Source: Laetmonice hystrix (Eukaryota). Taken from it: a stretch of 64,000 nucleotides of DNA. The notes under the pieces were generated by a model. The model was not told the DNA's origin. It was given only the letters and a program-made list of their open reading frames with translations, and searched no databases. The stretch lies in assembly GCA_965235115.1 (NCBI GenBank), contig OZ249439.1, forward strand, positions 2,480,001-2,544,000, in the 5' to 3' direction. Positions 61,612-64,000 of this stretch are shown one piece after another; within the stretch, counting starts at the first letter, position 1; each line of letters begins with the position of its first letter. A program made the translations under genes and the position numbers.

Positions 61612-64000
61612 CGGTGAGGTACGTGAGGACGCTCACCCAGGGCTGACCATCCTGTCAGTCGCTGCCAGTGACGAGGATGACTCGCTGGAGAACCGTAAGA
61701 TCGACTACAGTATCCTACAGGGTAACGAAGGTGGCCGCTTCCAGATCAGTACAAGTACTGGAGACTTACTCCTGACGGGTCTACTCGACCAGGAGACCAC
61801 CAAGACGTACACCCTGCTCGTCATGGCCAAGGATCGTGGCGAACCTTCCCTCAACTCGACCACTCGTGTGGAGGTCACCGTCCTGGATGTCAATGATAAC
61901 GCTCCAGTGTTCAGCCTGGAGCAGTACTCCACGGTGGTGGCAGAGAATGTGACCACTGGTCACTCGATCCTCAAGGTGTCAGCGACTGATAGTGACACTG
62001 GTATGAACGCTCGTATCGTGTACTACATCACGTCAGGTAATGACCTCAATAACTTCGTCATTGACCACATGAGTGGAGTGATCTCATTGAGAAAGTCCTT
62101 GGATTACGAGACGGTGACGAACCACCGCTTAGTGATCCGAGCGGAGGATTCCAGCACTAACTTCGCTCAGCAGTCGGCGTTCACGACGGTGAACATTAAT
62201 GTGACGGATGTGAACGAGTTCCTGCCACGGTTTCCTGTCATGATGTACTTGGAGTCAGTCTATGAGATGAGAGATGTCGGGACGTCAGTGTTCACGGCTC
62301 ACGCTAACGATAATGATGGAGGACGGTTCGGTGTCGTCGAGTATAGTATCCCCAATGAACAATATAACTTCAGGATTGATTCCACCACTGGGGTTGTTAC
62401 GACTGCCAGGAGGTTTGTGTACACAGAGAAAGATAACTACCGGTTCTCACTGCGAGCTACTGACAAGGGTGGAGAGTACCACATGGTTAGTGTGTCCGTC
62501 AATATTCTACCTAAGGTCGAGATCCGAGTACAGTTTGTGAAACATAAGTACTCGTTCAGCCTGCCTGGGAACGCGACCCGTGGGTACCGGGTGGGTCAGG
62601 TCCAGGCGGTCAGTCAACAGGATGGTAGTACAGGACATGCCAGGTACTCACTCACCAAGGAGAACGAGTACCTGGAGGTCGAGGAGATGACGGGTTGGAT
62701 TGTTGTCAAACGGAATCTGAAGGACGCTAAGGTCGACCGCCGCCGCCGACGGCGTGCCCTGGCGGAGGATGAGTTGGTACTGACGATCGTGGCGAGCTCA
62801 GGTCCTGGGAACGTGGCTGGAGACAAGGTGACAGTCGTAGTGACAGTTGACAGGTCGTGTGTAGGATGTGGTCTCCTGGCCGCCCAGAGTGGTGGCGACC
62901 TGAGCGGGACTCCACTAGTCCTGGTGATTGTGTTTGTGATCGTTGCCATCATCCTGGCTGTGATCGCTATCATTATGTACATGAGGACTCGTGATCGTAA
63001 ACTACGTCTCCCAGAGACTCAGTACGACAGTTCGTACGACCACTCTGACGTCTACCCACCACCTCCCATACGGGACGTGTCGTCATTCCCACCCACATAC
63101 AACGAAATCCAACATTATCCACCACGACGTCACAATCACAGTGACCATAACGTGACAACGTCTGAGATCTCGGAGCAGTCTCACTCAGCATCCTCGGGCC
63201 GAGGTTCGGCTGAGGACGGTGACATGGAGGATGCTGAGATCAGGATGATTAACGCTACACCACTACAAGTACAGAACGTACGTATGCCGGACTCAGGTAT
63301 CCAGCAAGATGATGATACGATCTCTGAACAGTCAGTACAGAATCACCAGGAATACCTGGCCAGGCTGGGTATCGACTCCACCAAACTCAACACCAAGGCC
63401 CCGCCCCCTGGCGCCCACAACCCGAAACACAAGCTGGCAAACGGTAAACCTGGGCCAGGTACGGGCAGTTCTGTGGAGAGTATGCACCAGTTCTCAGACG
63501 AAGGTGGTGGTGAGGAGGCGGGGCTGGACCTCGGTAACCTTGTGTCTCTCAAACTAAACGACATGGAGAATGATGAGAACATGGCCATCATGGATGGTAC
63601 TCGACAGTTTGGTTATGGTGAGACAGCCACGGAGCCATCGCACGCTGGATCACTATCCAGTGTGATCAACAGTGAGGAAGAGTTTAGTGGGTCGTACAAC
63701 TGGGACTACCTCCTCGACTGGGGTCCACAGTATCAACCACTGGCACACGTTTTCTCGGAAATAGCTCGTCTCAAAGACGACAGCATTAAACCCAAAAAAC
63801 AGCCCACCCACATTGTGCCACAGCGGCCCAACATGACAGCATTGAACTCACAGGTGGTCAATAAGACAATGCCGCCGCCACTACTAACAAACGCTCCACC
63901 TATGGCTGTGTTGGCACAGCCGGTGTCCACACGGCCTAGTCAGGGCAGTGGTTCGTCATCCTCAGGCAGTTCTGTAGCTGTCAATTCATCACGAACCAGC
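61612..64000 (+). CDS. ds: ds terminal large exon: last cadherin repeats, TM helix (62915-62983), cytoplasmic tail; open at window end
   Basis: (CT)n-ccag acceptor. Manual translation from codon start 61613 shows no stop to 64000 (absent from the ORF track because it has no stop). TM is LVLVIVFVIVAIILAVIAIIMYM. Tail motifs SGRGSAE, EYLARLGI and GSYNWDYLLDWGPQYQPLAHVFSEIARLKDD (63689-63781). Confidence 0.95.

Larger units (their letters stand above)
50401..64000 (+). other. ds: dachsous-family giant cadherin gene, 3' part (16 coding exons; 5' exons upstream of the window, stop codon downstream)
   Basis: Manual splicing at GT-AG junctions gives a phase-consistent ORF of 7998 nt. It has about 22 cadherin repeats (DxNDN, LDRE/LDYE, A.D.D.G motifs), a TM helix and the tail motif GSYNWDYLLDWGPQYQPLAHVFSEIARLKDD, which I recognise from Dachsous. 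No EGF or LamG domains precede the TM, arguing against Fat, CELSR or classical cadherins. Confidence 0.95.

Noticed and set aside
53982-63930. Antisense and alternate-frame ORFs overlapping ds exons (e.g. 53982-54317, 62614-62982, 63343-63591)
   Set aside because: These are shadows of the cadherin coding frame with no independent evidence.
1-64000. tRNA, rRNA, snRNA or tRNA-derived SINE genes
   Set aside because: No convincing A-box/B-box pair, cloverleaf or known RNA signature was seen by eye. tRNAscan-SE or Infernal would be needed to exclude them fully.

Overview
Animal (invertebrate bilaterian) genomic DNA, not prokaryotic. The only gene I can support is a + strand dachsous (Ds/DCHS) giant cadherin. 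Sixteen GT-AG coding exons from 50401 to the window end splice into one continuous reading frame of 7998 nt (2666 codons). They encode roughly cadherin repeats EC6-EC27, a transmembrane helix and the Dachsous-type cytoplasmic tail; the stop codon lies beyond the window. The first exon starts mid-repeat and I found no upstream cadherin exon, so 1-50400 is most simply one intron of at least 50.4 kb. That intron holds about 40 unrelated tandem arrays and duplications, which explain essentially all long ORFs in the track. Best second-look items: (1) a well-formed recursive-splice (ratchet) site with a short stop-containing cryptic exon at 13036-13138; (2) a 74-bp array that copies a real exon's 3' splice junction six times, each with a branch point and followed by a donor-like site; (3) a second array seeded on a real 5' splice junction; (4) an array dense in 5' splice-site motifs; (5) three inverted-repeat mobile elements in the short introns, one carrying a GCGAAGC mini-hairpin and a consensus CTCF motif. 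None of these is proven functional from sequence alone.
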